A stretch of 63,756 nucleotides of DNA, taken from contig NC_047072.1 of the NCBI RefSeq assembly GCF_902459465.1, positions 2,914,001 through 2,977,756 on the forward strand, given 5' to 3'. Position numbers and translations under genes: made by a program. Below are positions 11,937 through 24,659 of this stretch, in pieces. The DNA comes from Asterias rubens. Its lineage: Eukaryota. Below the pieces are notes generated by a model. It was not told the DNA's origin. It searched no databases and saw only the letters and a program-made list of their open reading frames with translations. Each line of letters starts with the position of its first letter. Position 1 is the first letter of the stretch.

Positions 11937-12899
11937 CTGCAAAGTGCAATGTTAAACACAAGTATATGTAACACATTGATACTTTCTCATAATGAATCTA
12001 CACTTACATTATGAGTGGGATACTTTTAAACATTAGGTGACCTAATTATCCATTATTCAAATATTGGGGCATCATGAGAAACTACTTTTACATATTATTA
12101 ACCGTATTAATTTCTTCGAAATTAAATATTTCTCAAAATTATGTATACTCAAATCCCTCCATTTAATGAACTTTGGTACCAGGTAGTTTTATATGCATTG
12201 CATTGGATGACAACAAACAGTAATGCTTTCCCAAACCCCAGGCAGTGCAGGCACCTCCTGCATAAACATAGCCTTGACCAAGGCTGTGTAGGACTGGCTG
12301 TGTCCCTTCAGGGCCACCATATAAAACCGTTGAGCAACGATAACCCTCAGCCACCTGGATGCTATACACAACTAGTCCCCATCAGACTAACTCTAAAAAT
12401 AGCACACTGCACTCTTCACCCACACACACAGCGCCTGTGTACACACACAGGCATGTTTATGGTGCAGACCGAGGACTTCTTTGTTCTCCCATTTTCCAGA
12501 CGTCCCCATTGGTTTTATACACAAAATCTACCGAGGACTGTTAAGAATATTTGGTCTTTGAGACAGACCGTTGATTCTTTTTTTTTCCTACACGATTAAG
12601 TAACATGTAAACATTCATTTTAAATGGTGGTCGTGTTTTCTTAGACATCGCCACAAATCTGAAAATCTGATCCGGAGAAAAGAACAATCCCTAACTTTGA
12701 ATTGAATAGACAATCTGAGAAGCGTTATCCCAGATTCAAATTTTGGAGCATAGAAACTACTTTTACATATTACCGTAATACTTCGAAATGAAATACTTGA
12801 AATATTATGTATACTTGCAAAAGCTGCTGTAGGCAGGCTTCTAACCCATACTTGTTATTCATTAATCTTTAGAGCGTCCAACAAACGTGTCCCCTCAAT

Positions 12900-13276
12900 T
12901 TAAAGGCAGTGGACACTATTGGTAATTGTCAAAGAATAGCCCTCACAGTTGGTGTATCTCAGCACATGCATAAAATAACAAACCTGTGGAAATTTTAGCT
13001 CAATCGGTCACCGAACTTGCGAGATAATAATGAAAGGAAAAACACCCTTGTCACACGTACAGTTGTGTGCGTTATAGATGGTTGATTTCGAGACCTCAAA
13101 AATCTAAATAATATGAGGTCTCGAATACCAAATTCGTGGAAAATTACTTCTTTCTCGAAAACTACGTCACTTCAGAGGGAGTCGTGTCTCACAATGCTTT
13201 ATATTATCAACCTCTCCCTATTTCTCGTTACAAAGAAAGGTTTTATGCTAATAACTATTTTGAGTAATTACCAATA
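12900..13276 (+). mobile_element. MITE family A, right end truncated
   Basis: TTAAAGGCAGTGGACACTATTGGTAATT start; internal identity to 8141-8526. Confidence 0.85.
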
Positions 13277-13454
13277 AATTGAATGACAAAAACAAGAGTT
13301 AGTGCTTTCCTAATAAGTTTTAAAACCTGATCGTATTTTGACAAAGTTAACAGAATAACATGCGCCATCATGGAAGTGAGTTCATTGTGAAAAGATTTAG
13401 AACATACGTTCATAAAAAAAAATACAACAGAATGAAGGATCAATTATATTAACT

Positions 13455-13610
13455 GAGTCCTGTGAAAACAAACATCACAGGCATGTTACTCGGGTGGGAT
13501 TCGAAACCACGACTCTTGCAATTCTAGAGCAGTGTCTTACCAACTAGACTACCGAGGTTGCCCTGGTAGCTAGAGGAAGTTCGAATATTTTGGCAGCGGG
13601 TACCGCATAA
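13455..13610 (-). mobile_element. tRNA-derived SINE-like repeat
   Basis: Minus strand TAGTCTAGTTGG (A-box-like) and GGTTTCGAATCC (B-box-like); partial related copy at ~55490-55555. Confidence 0.65.
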
Positions 13611-13978
13611 TAATAAGAGATAATGTATTTGCATCGGGGATAAAGATCAACAAAACTAAAATTAATATTCTTTATCTCGATGCAAATTTAACATAAGGAT
13701 CAATTACTTGGAGATAATCTGCAAAAGGGAATGCATCCTTACCCCCAACACGAATTTTAAACAGTTCGAAGTTGGATGAATGTTGTTTTCCCTGTATTTA
13801 AGAAAATTTGAGATTTATAAAGAAATGCATAAGAAACCGCAAACAAGTTGTGCGTCATCGACCCCTTAAGGCTCTCCACGACGGCCTTACAAAAGGCTTT
13901 GGCTATTTATAATAATATGCGTTGTTTGGGACTGGCACCTCCGCTTTGGCACTGGATACTATTGGTAATTACTGTACT

Positions 13979-14465
13979 TATAGAAAAGTTTGCGGTAACA
14001 CCATGTAATAGTAGTGAACTCGATGATGCGTGGTGAAACCTGTTGTGGAGCCTTGGGTGGTGTGTGTGCTCACTGAACCGTGTCAGTAGGAACAAGCACA
14101 GGGGATAGTGAGGGTGTGGGGCTAGGTGACTGAGGGTATAGATGACCCAAAGCAGTCTAATGAGAGCGACATCTGGCTGCCCCTTCTCCTGACCAATGGA
14201 TCTTCTATATCCACGGTCACCCCCTAGGCCCCCACCACGCATCATCGAGTTCACTTCCCGCCTCTATTTCCCGCCTTCATGCATCACCGCTGATCCACCG
14301 CCTTCATGCATCACCGCTGATCCACCGCCCAGTACTTAAGCAGCATGCAGAAGACGATCAGAGCATACTGATCGAAACGTCGAGTTAATCCAACGGTTCT
14401 TTTCAGAACCACCCCAACTCATTTAGAGATAGTCATTACATGGTGTTACCGCAAACTTTTCTATA
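13979..14465 (+). mobile_element. Penelope-like element remnant with inverted terminal segment
   Basis: 31-bp inverted repeat 13979-14009/14435-14465, 22-bp inverted repeat 14014-14035/14233-14254, hammerhead-like motif at 14348-14384; 3' motif CATGGTGTTACCGCAAA shared with 23355-23760. Confidence 0.6.
14343..14386 (+). ncRNA. Degenerate minimal type I hammerhead ribozyme motif
   Basis: CAGAAGA-C-GATCAG(AGCATA)CTGATC-GAAAC-GTC; core deviates from CUGANGA and no clear stem I. Confidence 0.4.
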
Positions 14466-14668
14466 TCTTACTTCCACCATGCAAAGTTTCAAATGCTACT
14501 TAATTACTGTACTGTTGTGTTTGTGTTTGTGTTTGGAAAGAAAGAGCGAAATCATACAGCCTACAGAGACACTTTGTGAATATGGAGTTCTGATCGGGTT
14601 TTTGGCATCAAACAACTTTGGTGATTCGTTCACACGCCGTGATAAAGTTGGGTTACCTCAACTTATAA

Positions 14669-15389
14669 TAGACCGGTTCGGGTTCAACTTTTGTGCCGCT
14701 GAACATGGTGTTCCATAGAGGACAGACTCCGTCGTAGTTGTGAGTTGTCCGTCGGAGTTGTGAGTTGGGGCGTCAGAGTTGTGAGTTGGGGCGTCGGAGT
14801 TGTGAGTTGGGCCGTCGGAGTTGTGAGTTGTGCGTCGTAGTTGTGAGTTGGGCCGTCGGAGTTGTGAGTTGGGCCGTCGGAGTTGTGAGTTGTGCGTCGT
14901 AGTTGTGAGTTGTGCGTCGGAGTTGTGAGTTGGGCCGTCGGAGTTGTGAGTTGGCCGTCGTAGTTGTGAGTTGTCCGTCGTAGTTGTGAGTTGGCCGTCG
15001 TAGTTGTGAGTTGTCCGTCGGAGTTGTGGGCTGCCGTCGGAGTTGTGGGTTGTCCGTCGGAGTTGTGGGCTGTCCGTCGTAGTTGTGAGTTGGGCCGTCG
15101 GAGTTGTGAGTTGGGCCGTCGTAGTTGTGAGTTGTGCGTCGTAGTTGTGAGTTGGGCCGTCGGAGTTGTGCGTCGTAGTTGTGTTTTGGGCCGTCGGACT
15201 TGTGAGTTGTGCGTCGTAGTTGTGAGTTGGGCCGTCGGAGTTGCTCTCCTTGTTATGTCGAAGGGACAAAATGCATCCTATCTCATCGTACGTATAACCC
15301 GCGTCAAAGTAGTGCCGCACCAATCCATCTCTTTCACATTCTGTTAAGTTATTTGACATTCTATCAAAAATTGAACCCGAACCGGTCTA
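14669..15389. mobile_element. Non-autonomous TIR element (TAGACC termini) carrying a minisatellite and an N-terminal ORF remnant
   Basis: 25-bp TIR TAGACCGGTTCGGGTTCAA(C/T)TTTTG with 1 mismatch; superfamily uncertain (ISL2EU/PIF-Harbinger group or TA-TSD type). Confidence 0.8.
14727..15241. repeat. GC-rich minisatellite, ~20-21-bp unit GTCGGAGTTGTGAGTTGGGCC, ~25 copies with variants
   Basis: Directly visible tandem array. Confidence 0.95.
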
Positions 15390-15397
15390 AGTTGAAT

Positions 15398-16026
15398 TAG
15401 ACCAAGGAGGAAGGAAGAGAAGGAGCTCGAACGAATGGACTTCAAAAGTCGAACCCGTGGTACCGCGGACGTTTAACGACACCTCGTAATCAACCACGAA
15501 CATGAAACAAACAATGGGCAACCTGGCGTGTGTGAATTTGCGCGTGCGCACTTGGTTCTTCGCCAAACTATGGCGTCGTATGGATACAACAGAGGAAAAA
15601 CAACTTTTTTGAGACGCGATAACATTTTTGGACGCTACTGTACACCTTGACGGTTAGCACAACTGAATACCAACCACCCTCGTGTGCCTATACCCAAATG
15701 TTGATCCACCGCTAGTGACCGGAATATCACAAAAAATGTAAAAATATTCCATGATGTTTCAGTGAAACACCACAAACGGTAAATGAAAACGTGTATATTC
15801 ACAATTCTTGTCTCCAATGATTCAACTTTACACGAAGGCAACGGTGCAGAGCGGCGGTACACACGTTCTGTACAAAGAGATCTAATCCTGCTCGTTAATC
15901 GGCCGTCCAGCTGGAGGTCTCCTATCTTTTTCCACTGGTCAGACGGTGGCATTGTCGGGGTATTCTTTTGTTACTCTGCGGTTTTGCGGGTCGTTCGAGC
16001 TCCTTCTCTTCCTTCCTCCATGGTTA
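15398..16026. mobile_element. Second TAGACC-terminated TIR element, 8 bp downstream of the first
   Basis: ~37-bp TIR TAGACCAAGGAGGAAGGAAGAGAAGGAGCTCGAACGA / TCGTTCGAGCTCCTTCTCTTCCTTCCTCCATGGTTA. Confidence 0.75.
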
Positions 16027-17040
16027 GACCAACTGTAGTACGGCGTGTGAACGACAATAGTTTAGCGCACTCATTGAAAAATTAAGAGCACTTTTATGGA
16101 ACAGGCTATTCTGTACGGAAGCGTATATAGGACATACCGAAAAAAAAATCGGGCTCCACTATTTCGCCCGGGCGGATTACTATTTCGCCCGGGCGGAAGA
16201 GGGAGACCGACACTACCCCGAAAGTACTAAGGCCAAAGTAATTCTGGAGCGGGAAATTCGAAACCAAATCCGGCGACAGGGGGGGGGGGAGGTGGTTGTT
16301 TGGAAAAGGAAAAGACAAGTAATCTTGTGGGCAGCTCGTCTGGTAGTATGTGCCAAGAAATGTGATCATGTGACACCATCCTGAAGAGTCTTCAGCACTT
16401 TTTTGCGAAAAGCCCCGACACGTAACCGCTCTCAAAACGTCATCGTTGTGAGCTCCAGTTTGTAAAGCCGCTTTTAGTCCAGGAGCTTAATGGTGATCCG
16501 TAGAAAATAAATGATTAGAAGATGCCACCTAGCTAGATACCTTCTTTAGGTCTTACAAAACAAGAAAATACATGTTGGCAAAACTGAAAAAAATCTGGCA
16601 GATGGCGGCCATCTTTGATTTAAAAATGGCCACCATTTAAGTTATATTTACCCTTCATGTTTGGCTGTGAATGTCATAAAACCGTGATTTTTGTGACTAG
16701 AATACCATAAAAGGTGCAACTGAATTGTTTCAGATGGCGGCCATCTTGGACTTCAAAATGGCCGCCTTTTTTTGTATTTGTTTCCAAAACTTTTCCAAAG
16801 AATGGCAATATAGTAGACCAGCCAAACTTTAAAAAGTGCTCTAGAAAAAAAAAACACGGCATAGTTTGTTAATGGCTGGCATCCATGCTAGATGTATGGA
16901 TCATGGGCTCGGGAAGACGATTCGGGTGGATGCCCAGCTTGATTTTGAATTTTAAGGGCATTTTGGGGGAAAAAGGTCAAAAAAGGTTAAAATTTGTGTC
17001 AAATTTATTCACATTTGCTAGATCTATCCATAAAATGTAT

Positions 17041-17700
17041 TTGTAACTTTATGTTGATACTACAAACCTATGTAATTAACGTATAAACTTTGACCTTGTG
17101 CACAAATGTATAGCAAAACGAAGTGTAAAAGTGTGATTATCTTGAAAAGGGTACATTTTGAGTACACCAATTGTTTTTGCACTCCCCATCCTCATTTGTG
17201 CATATATTGGTTTCAAACAACTTTTTTTGAAAGGTAAATATACCCAGGCAGTTTTTGAGAAAAAAAAATAATTCAAATACCACCTTCATGTGGGGTCTTA
17301 AATTTCAAATAAGGCAAAAAATTAGCATTTTTGAAATGTTCACAAAATTTGACCCGAAGTGATAGATCTATCACTAAATTGGGTTTTTACCCTAATGTTG
17401 ATGTGCCAAACGTATGTAATTAACGAATACACTTTGACCTTGTACACAAACGTATAGCAAAGCAAAACGTAAAAGTGTGATTATCTTGAAAAGTGTACAT
17501 TTTTAGTATACCAGCTTTTTTTGCACTCAATGGTGCATTTATATGTTTCAAACAACTTTTTTTTGAAAGGTTAATGTACCCAGGCAGTTTTTGAAAAACA
17601 AAATTACTCAAATACCACCCTCGTGTAAGGTCATATTGAGGTCAAAAAGTGCCAAAAATGTCAAAATTTAATTTATTTTTATTTTTTCGCCAAATTTTTT
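17041..17700. repeat. Diverged tandem duplication, ~345-bp period
   Basis: TATGTAATTAACG..ACTTTGACCTTGT..CACAAA..GTATAGCAAA at ~17070 and ~17415; partial third copy ~17750-17810. Confidence 0.8.
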
Positions 17701-18540
17701 CCCAGGCGGCAGATCTATCCAAAAAAAATAGTTTCATCATCCAAATGACATGCCAAGTCTGTGAAATTATGAGTTAATCCTTTGTCTTGTACACAAAGGT
17801 ATAGGAAAATTAAATCTTAAATTGCAATTTTCTCAAAAAGTGCGTATCTTGAGCATAATTCAGTGTTTTTGCACTTTCTATCCCAGCAATGCATATAAAT
17901 GTTCGAAAACAACTTTTTTGTGAAAGGTTTCAACTAAATTCATATTACACCTTCCTCATTGGTAAATTGAAACAAGAAATGCGTATGCTGATTCATGCAA
18001 TTAGTTTGATATAGTAGTTGTATAGTTTGACGTGCTCAAAAAATGCATGTTTGTATCAAAGTTATTTTAACACTCCCAATCTTTCCAAGTACATGTACGC
18101 AGTTAAATACACAACTTTTATTAGTGAATTAACAAAGTTGAACATTCTTCTTGCAGTAAAATGTTGTTTTTTCCCTAGGTAGCTACGATGGGGGTAGGGG
18201 GTATCGTGCAGTGATACATTGTATACTTTCTTATCTGCAGTGCCATTAGTCAAAGCTAACTCCACAGCTACATGTAACCAGGCACACCAAAACCACTACA
18301 GCTTGATATACTTTTATGCCAAGTTTCTTTGATAAAAGAATTCTCACCACTCTTCAGGCACTAGCAGACAGCAATGACAATCTCATCACTGTGATCAATC
18401 AGTTTGTGGACATACAAAATAGGACAGTGAGGTGAATAAGAATTTTGTAAAAGGTTGAAACAAAAATAATGATAAAACAAAATTGTTTTATTCTGTGAAT
18501 GAAGTGTTATTTTTGAGATTGTTGAGGTATTATTTGGTTT

Positions 18541-19450
18541 TGTTCCAAGCTACGCAGATACTCAGCTACGCTTACGTTCCTACAAGTTACACTATAATAT
18601 CAACAGGTACGTTTTCAAGCCCGAGTCAAGCTACGCTTACGTTCCAAGATATGCTTACGTTCCAAAAGATGTTACGTTCTAAGCTACACAGCTACTCAGC
18701 TACGCTTACCTTCAAAATTTTGCTTACGTTCCTTCAAGTTACGCTATAATAACAAAAGGTATGCTTTTAATCCTAAGTCAAGTTACGCTTACGTTCCATA
18801 CGCAGCTACGTTTACGTTCCAAAATACCCAGCTACGCTTACGTTCCAAAAATATGGTTACGTTCCAAAAGATATGGTTACGTTCCAAGCTACACAGCTGC
18901 TCAGCTACGCTTAATCCAAGATACAATTAGGTTCCAGTTACGCTTTAATAAAAAGGTACGCTTTCAATCCCGAGTCAAGCTAGGCTCACATTTCATACGC
19001 AGCTACGTTTAAGTTCCAAAATACTCAGCTACGCTTACGTACCAAGATATGCTTACGTTCAAAAAAATATGGTTACGTTCAAAAAGATATTGATACGCTT
19101 CAAGCTCCACAGCTACTCAGCTACGTGTTTACAATCCAAGATATGTTTAGGTTCCAGTTACGCTATAATCAAAAGGTACGCTTTCAATCCCGAGTCAAGC
19201 TAGGCTTACGTTTCATATGCAGCTAAGTTTACGTTCCAAAATACCCAGGTACGCTTATCGTACCAAGATTTGCTAACGTTCCAAAAAATATGGTTACATT
19301 CCAAAAGAAATGGTTACGTTTCAAGCTACGCTTATACAATCCAAGGTATGTTTAGGTTCCAGTTACGCTATAATCAAAAGGTACGCTTTCAATCCCGAGT
19401 CAAGCTAGGCTTACGTTTCAAGATTTGCAGTTTCGCTTACGTTTCAAAAT
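18541..19450. repeat. Complex satellite built from AGCTACGCTTACGTTCCAA monomers with ~200-bp higher-order period
   Basis: AAGGTACGCTTTCAATCCCGAGTCAAGCTA block recurs at ~18605, 18755, 18955, 19175, 19380. Confidence 0.9.
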
Positions 19451-19898
19451 ACATTCTCAGAATGACACTTTTGAATCCCTTTATTTACTTGTCCCTATCC
19501 CATCATATTCTGGGTTAGTTTCTTTGTGTTCTTCGTGACGATCTTTGGATGTACGCGAAGCACGAAGGTCTACCTCCATCGTCGAAGGATTTGCCTGATC
19601 CGTTTATGCTGGTTGTATGGATAGACTGGATCCTGGTTGTCTGGATAGACTGGATCCTTATGCTGCGTCATGTAAAACGTTGCTATAAACAAAGCACCAG
19701 TCTACTTACAACATTGTGCGACAATGTCACGAAGATTTGACAGTTGCAACGGCTGGAAAAACGTTTACGCTGGCCTTTTACCGTTTTTTTTTGTAGGTGT
19801 TCGGCCAACAGCCGAACAACTATTGTTATTGTTCTGTTTTTTTTAGGTGTTCGGCCAACAGCCGAACAACTATTGTTATTGTTCTGTTTTTTTTTTTT

Positions 19899-22120
19899 TT
19901 CCTCGCGTTCTTCTTTCCCTGCGAACCTTCTCCAGCAATTTTAAACAAAAGTAAAGCTTGTACAAACTTAAAACTTACTATGTACATAGGCAATAGTGAG
20001 TAGACGAAACCGCCACTTTTTGGGAATGATGACGTCATTGATGACGTCATGGCAAGGTTTTTAAAGTTGAAAAACGACATTTGCTTTTCGCTGTATCTCA
20101 TTGAATATTAATGCTATGATGTTCATACTTGGGCATCAGATAGATAAAGACTTGGACAACATTTGTAAAGTTAACGCCAAAATCGTATGACCTCATCTTC
20201 CGGTCGTACCGGAAGGTCAAACTCTGCCTTTGTGTTTTTTGTGTTTTTTTTGTAAAAAAAGACAATTTGTTGTCATAACTCAAGATTGATATGGAATTTA
20301 ACATTGAAACTCATCAGACAATTGAACCTTAATAATAAGACCACACAAACTTAATGATGTCATGATGACGTCATCAGGTTTTGAATTACAACAAATCAAA
20401 GTTAAATATTTTAAAGAAATCATAACTCCTGAACCACATGGTGGATTTTGACAATCTACATATCATTGGACAGGTCGATCAAACTTCAAAAAACGCTACA
20501 CACAAAATGACCCCATTTGACCTTGACTTCCGGTTCAAACCAAAGGTTGAACAATTTTACAATTTTTGATCTCTAAAACTACGTAACATTTCAACATAAA
20601 TTTTGCATCCCGTTATAGATGAGTGATCCTGCTCAAACTTTCCCACAGAGATGATACCAATTTGACCTGAAACTCTGGTCGAAATCGGACGATAAAGCCC
20701 ACGGATGTGTTGACCCGCGTGATAACTGCGTACACTGCAAAAGCGCTTTGGCTGGCCGTTCCGCTCCATTGATCACACCTTGTTCAGTCCACGAGGCCTG
20801 TGTGTTCTGCTCGGAATAGTGCATCGTTTGACTGTACGCGTGATTTCGATTCATGTTTTGACAAGTCTCAGGTCATTGTACTTACAACGTAGCGCTAGTT
20901 TAATGGTGTACCAACATTTTACAATTGAAGTCCGCTCATATCATATTCGGCGTCAAATTGTTCCCCTGTTCGCCCTTCTCATGGCTTAATTATCAAAACG
21001 GAATTAAAGACGAAGCTTCGCTGAGATGGCCACCTACTGCAGCGATTCGTATGACTTTTAATTATGTGAGAAAATGCAACCAGAAAAAGACGAACATTGG
21101 TTATGTTTTGATCAAACACCGGGAAGCGGATTCGTGACATCGACTCGTGAAGGGTGTTTCTATCCGGCACTCACGGCAGTGTTTAGCGCGCTACACGGTA
21201 AAGCTTTGTGTACAAATCATTGCTTTTCAAAATAAGTGTTTATTTAATGCCTAACAAAATCTAACGTGCATCCCAGTTATCTTAGTTGTATCTGTACCCG
21301 TGTCGTACACTTGCGAAACCTCTGTAATACTTAATAAATAAGTCTTTTACAGTTATTTACTTCACAAGTCTAAAATTAGTAAACTGTTGTTTCGTATAAA
21401 GTTTCCCCAAATCCAGTAAACCTTTTAAGAAGTTTACTCTTGAGTTAAACATCACAAGGATCACAAAACCTTCAAACTTTGCACATAGCTAGCTCTTTAC
21501 TAATAAAATACATCGCTTTAACAAGTATTAAACTTAGCATTTGTTTTCTGTGCAAAGAAAGGTATAAATGTAATAGATTTACACTTTTACTTTCTGTGAA
21601 AATTAAAAAGCTATCAACAATCTGTTCATAGATTTAATTTTCCTCGTGTTCTTCTTTACCTCTGAACCTTCCCAAGCAATTTTAAACAAAAGTTAAGCTT
21701 GTATAAACTTAAAACTTACTATGTACATAGGCACCAGTGAGTTGATGAAACCGCCACTTTTTTAGAATGATGACGTCATGACAGGGTTTTTAATGTTAAA
21801 AAAGGACCATTTGCTTGTTGCTGTATCTCAACGAATATAAAAGCTATGATGTTCATACTTGGGCATCGGATAGATAAAGACTTGGACAACATTTGAAAAG
21901 TTAACGCTAAAATCGTACCATCTTAACTTCCGGGTCGTTACCCTGGGTCAAAGTTCGCCTTCGTGTTTTTTTCATAAAAAAACAACTTTTGAGCTTATCT
22001 ACGGCATAACTCAAGATTGAGAGCGATTTGAACCTTGAAACTCAATAGATAGTTGAACCTTAGTATTTTTAAGACAACACAGGCCTAATTATGTCATAAT
22101 GACGTCATCAGGTATTGAAT
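19899..22120. repeat. Two diverged ~490-bp direct repeats (19899-20395, 21639-22120) flanking a 1.2-kb core; 50-bp tandem duplication at 19795-19895
   Basis: Shared CAATTTTAAACAAAAGT..AAGCTTGTA..AAACTTAAAACTTACTATGTACATAGGCA..GATAGATAAAGACTTGGACAACATTTG blocks. Confidence 0.8.
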
Positions 22121-22982
22121 AACAATAAAATGTGTAAAAATCATATGGCGCGAAAGTTTGTGGTGGAATTCCCAACAGCGCTCTCTTTTTGCCCACCAAA
22201 GAGGGCGCTGTTGATTATCAAATCTGTGTACAGCATCCAGTGCAGGAGTGAGCTAGATTTTTAAAGGGCTTTCATAAGTTGCAAACAAAAAAACTGATGT
22301 CAATCTCACACAAACATATTGCATTTGTGAAGAAACAAGGCGTTCAAAAGTGTGATACAAGCTTAACTATAAAATAACGACGCATTGTATAAAAAACATC
22401 TTTATGGTTCAATGTTTTTGAACTACGTCATCACGTAACGTCCAACCGAACACCGTGTTTTTGTAATTAACAAAAAACACTATGTCTAGTTTTTTTTTTT
22501 TTTTCGCTAAATACGTGACATTTTAATGATTTTTTTTTTACAGCAACCATCTATAAAAACATTATTTATGATTCTACAACCCTAAATTGCGTAAACGGTG
22601 AGCCGGTGTGTCCCTTTAATAATAATGGCGGGGGAAACAAAGACAGAGCCTAATACACCCCTTCCGAATGCCATCAATACGGAATCTTCAAGTCACCTTT
22701 AACACATAACTAGAATCATACATTAAAGGTAGACTGGAGGAGTTGTCCAAAACACAAATTAAAATAATGGCATCAAATATGACTCGAGCAGAACGTATCG
22801 CACTGACTGGCCTATAAAGAAAAAAAACAAAAAATTGTCAGGGCAGGGGTGTTTGCGCTTTTAATAAGTCAGATTATATTCACAAGGGGAATAGGCAACT
22901 ATATCAGTTTCAAATTTCCCGCACACAAGTTTACGCAACGTTAATTGGCCGGACTGTTTAAGCAAACCTACGGCTGGGCAAT

Positions 22983-23354
22983 TTAGAGGAACACGTTGCC
23001 TTGGATCAAACGAGTTTGTCTATAAAAAGCGTTTGTAACCGTTTCTTTTTTATAAAATGCATTTGGTTGGAAATATGTTTTAAAAGTAGAATACAATGAT
23101 CCACACAAATTTGCCTCGAAATTGCGTGGTTTTCCTTTTACTTTGCGAACTAACACGGTCGGCCATATATGGGAGTCAATGGCCGACCGTGTTAGTCGAC
23201 GAGGTAGAAGGAAAACCGTACAATTTCGAGGCATGTTTGTGTGGATCATTGAATTGTACTTTTACAACATCTTTCTACCCATTATGCATTTTATAACAAA
23301 CAGTTACAGACGCTTGTCAAAGACCAACTCAGCCGATCCAATGTGTTCCTTTAA
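22983..23354 (+). mobile_element. MITE family B copy
   Basis: Colinear with 1945-2331; ends GTGTTCCTTTAA. Confidence 0.85.
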
Positions 23355-23760
23355 CTCTGTCTGTCTTTTTCCCCCGGTCCCCAACCCCATCTTCAAGTAA
23401 ACCCAACCATCCGACCTCCAAAGTCAAATAAACGAATCGTTGCATAAGAACTAATGCCGAACCAACAGTCTCCTGACGATGACTAGAGCAAGCTAGTCGA
23501 AACGTTGAGACCAATTTAATAACTGACTCCGCGGTAGTACAGAATAATCACGATCCTATAAGCTAAAAGTAGTCCCAGCCTATTTTTTATACCATCCGCC
23601 CGCGGGTAATAGTTAAAAAGCAGGACAGTTCTTTTTAGAATTGGGAAGTCTCACGAACCCCCGAACATCTACTTCGCGGTAGTAGAATAAAGCAAGACAG
23701 TTCTCTAAGAACAAACTCTACCTGCAAGTAGATACACACATGGTGTTACCGCAAAGCAAA
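23355..23760 (+). mobile_element. Penelope-like terminal repeat fragment
   Basis: Contains minimal hammerhead and 3' CATGGTGTTACCGCAAA motif shared with the 14-kb copy. Confidence 0.6.
23468..23511 (+). ncRNA. Minimal type I hammerhead ribozyme (Penelope-type, dimer-dependent)
   Basis: Stem I GTCTC/GAGAC; core CTGACGA; stem II GACTAG(AGCAAG)CTAGTC; GAAA; palindromic ACGT helix III; predicted cleavage after GUU at 23506. Confidence 0.78.
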
Positions 23761-24319
23761 TAATGCCTTGCACTTCTCTGACATATAACATTCCGGCATT
23801 AAATTGTACGCAATTATTATCACATATATGATATATCACACGTTTTGAGGAAATGCACTATCTTACTTGGAATGTTTTTAGGCATACATCGTAAATATGG
23901 TAAACTTCATGGAAGGTGTTGTTCCTCACCACACTTTCACCCCCCTCCATTACCCCCACCCCCACATCATCAAACGCCCTCCCCTCTCTTTTTTATCCAC
24001 ATTTTGGTTTCAGACGAAAATACGCCTCCAATGGTTTCAAAATAGCCTGTCCCATAAGAGTGCTCTTCACTTTCCAATTACTACACCTAAACCATTACAG
24101 ATTTCTGAAACATTGTGAATGTGTACCGTTTTTTAAGTTTTCTGTTTGTCTTATGGCCTCTACATACACTAACAAAGTTGTTTGATGCACCTATGTCCTG
24201 GGGGGAAAACCAATCAAAACTGTCTTCGTGGGTACACGGTCTTCCCTGTCAAAACATTTCTCTGCAGGCTACATGTATGATTTCGCTCTTCCTTTCCGCA
24301 CAACAATTGTTAGTATAAA

Positions 24320-24659
24320 AACTTACTTGGTAAACAAGCAACGGAAAGCTGTTAATGGTATAAAACATTGTGAGAAACGGCTCCCTCTAAAGTAGTGTAG
24401 TTTTAAAGAACAAATTGATTTTCCACAAAAATATTTGAATTTGATCTCGAGACTTAGATTTTGAGGTCCCGAAAACAAGCATCTGAAAGCACACAACTTC
24501 GTGTGACAAAATGTGTTTTTCCTTGCATTATTATCTCGCAACTTCGACGACCAATGAGTTCAAAATGTTCACATGTTTGTTATTTTTCTGCATATGTTGA
24601 GATACACCGAGTGAGGAGACTGGCCTTTGAAAATTACCAATTGTGTCCAGTGTCTTTAA
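24320..24659 (-). mobile_element. MITE family A, reverse copy
   Basis: Ends AATTACCAATTGTGTCCAGTGTCTTTAA; internal similarity to the reference copy. Confidence 0.8.

Noticed and set aside
12163-12599. Short ORFs just upstream of the GPCR exon as its first exon
   Set aside because: No ATG-initiated signal peptide, and only a weak phase-1 donor (G|GTACCA).
13455-13610. tRNA genes here and at 28749 and 63671
   Set aside because: A/B boxes are present, but there is no complete cloverleaf and the heads continue into SINE bodies.
14991-15400. Plus-strand ORFs over the minisatellite
   Set aside because: Open frames arise from the stop-free repeat unit; no independent coding evidence.
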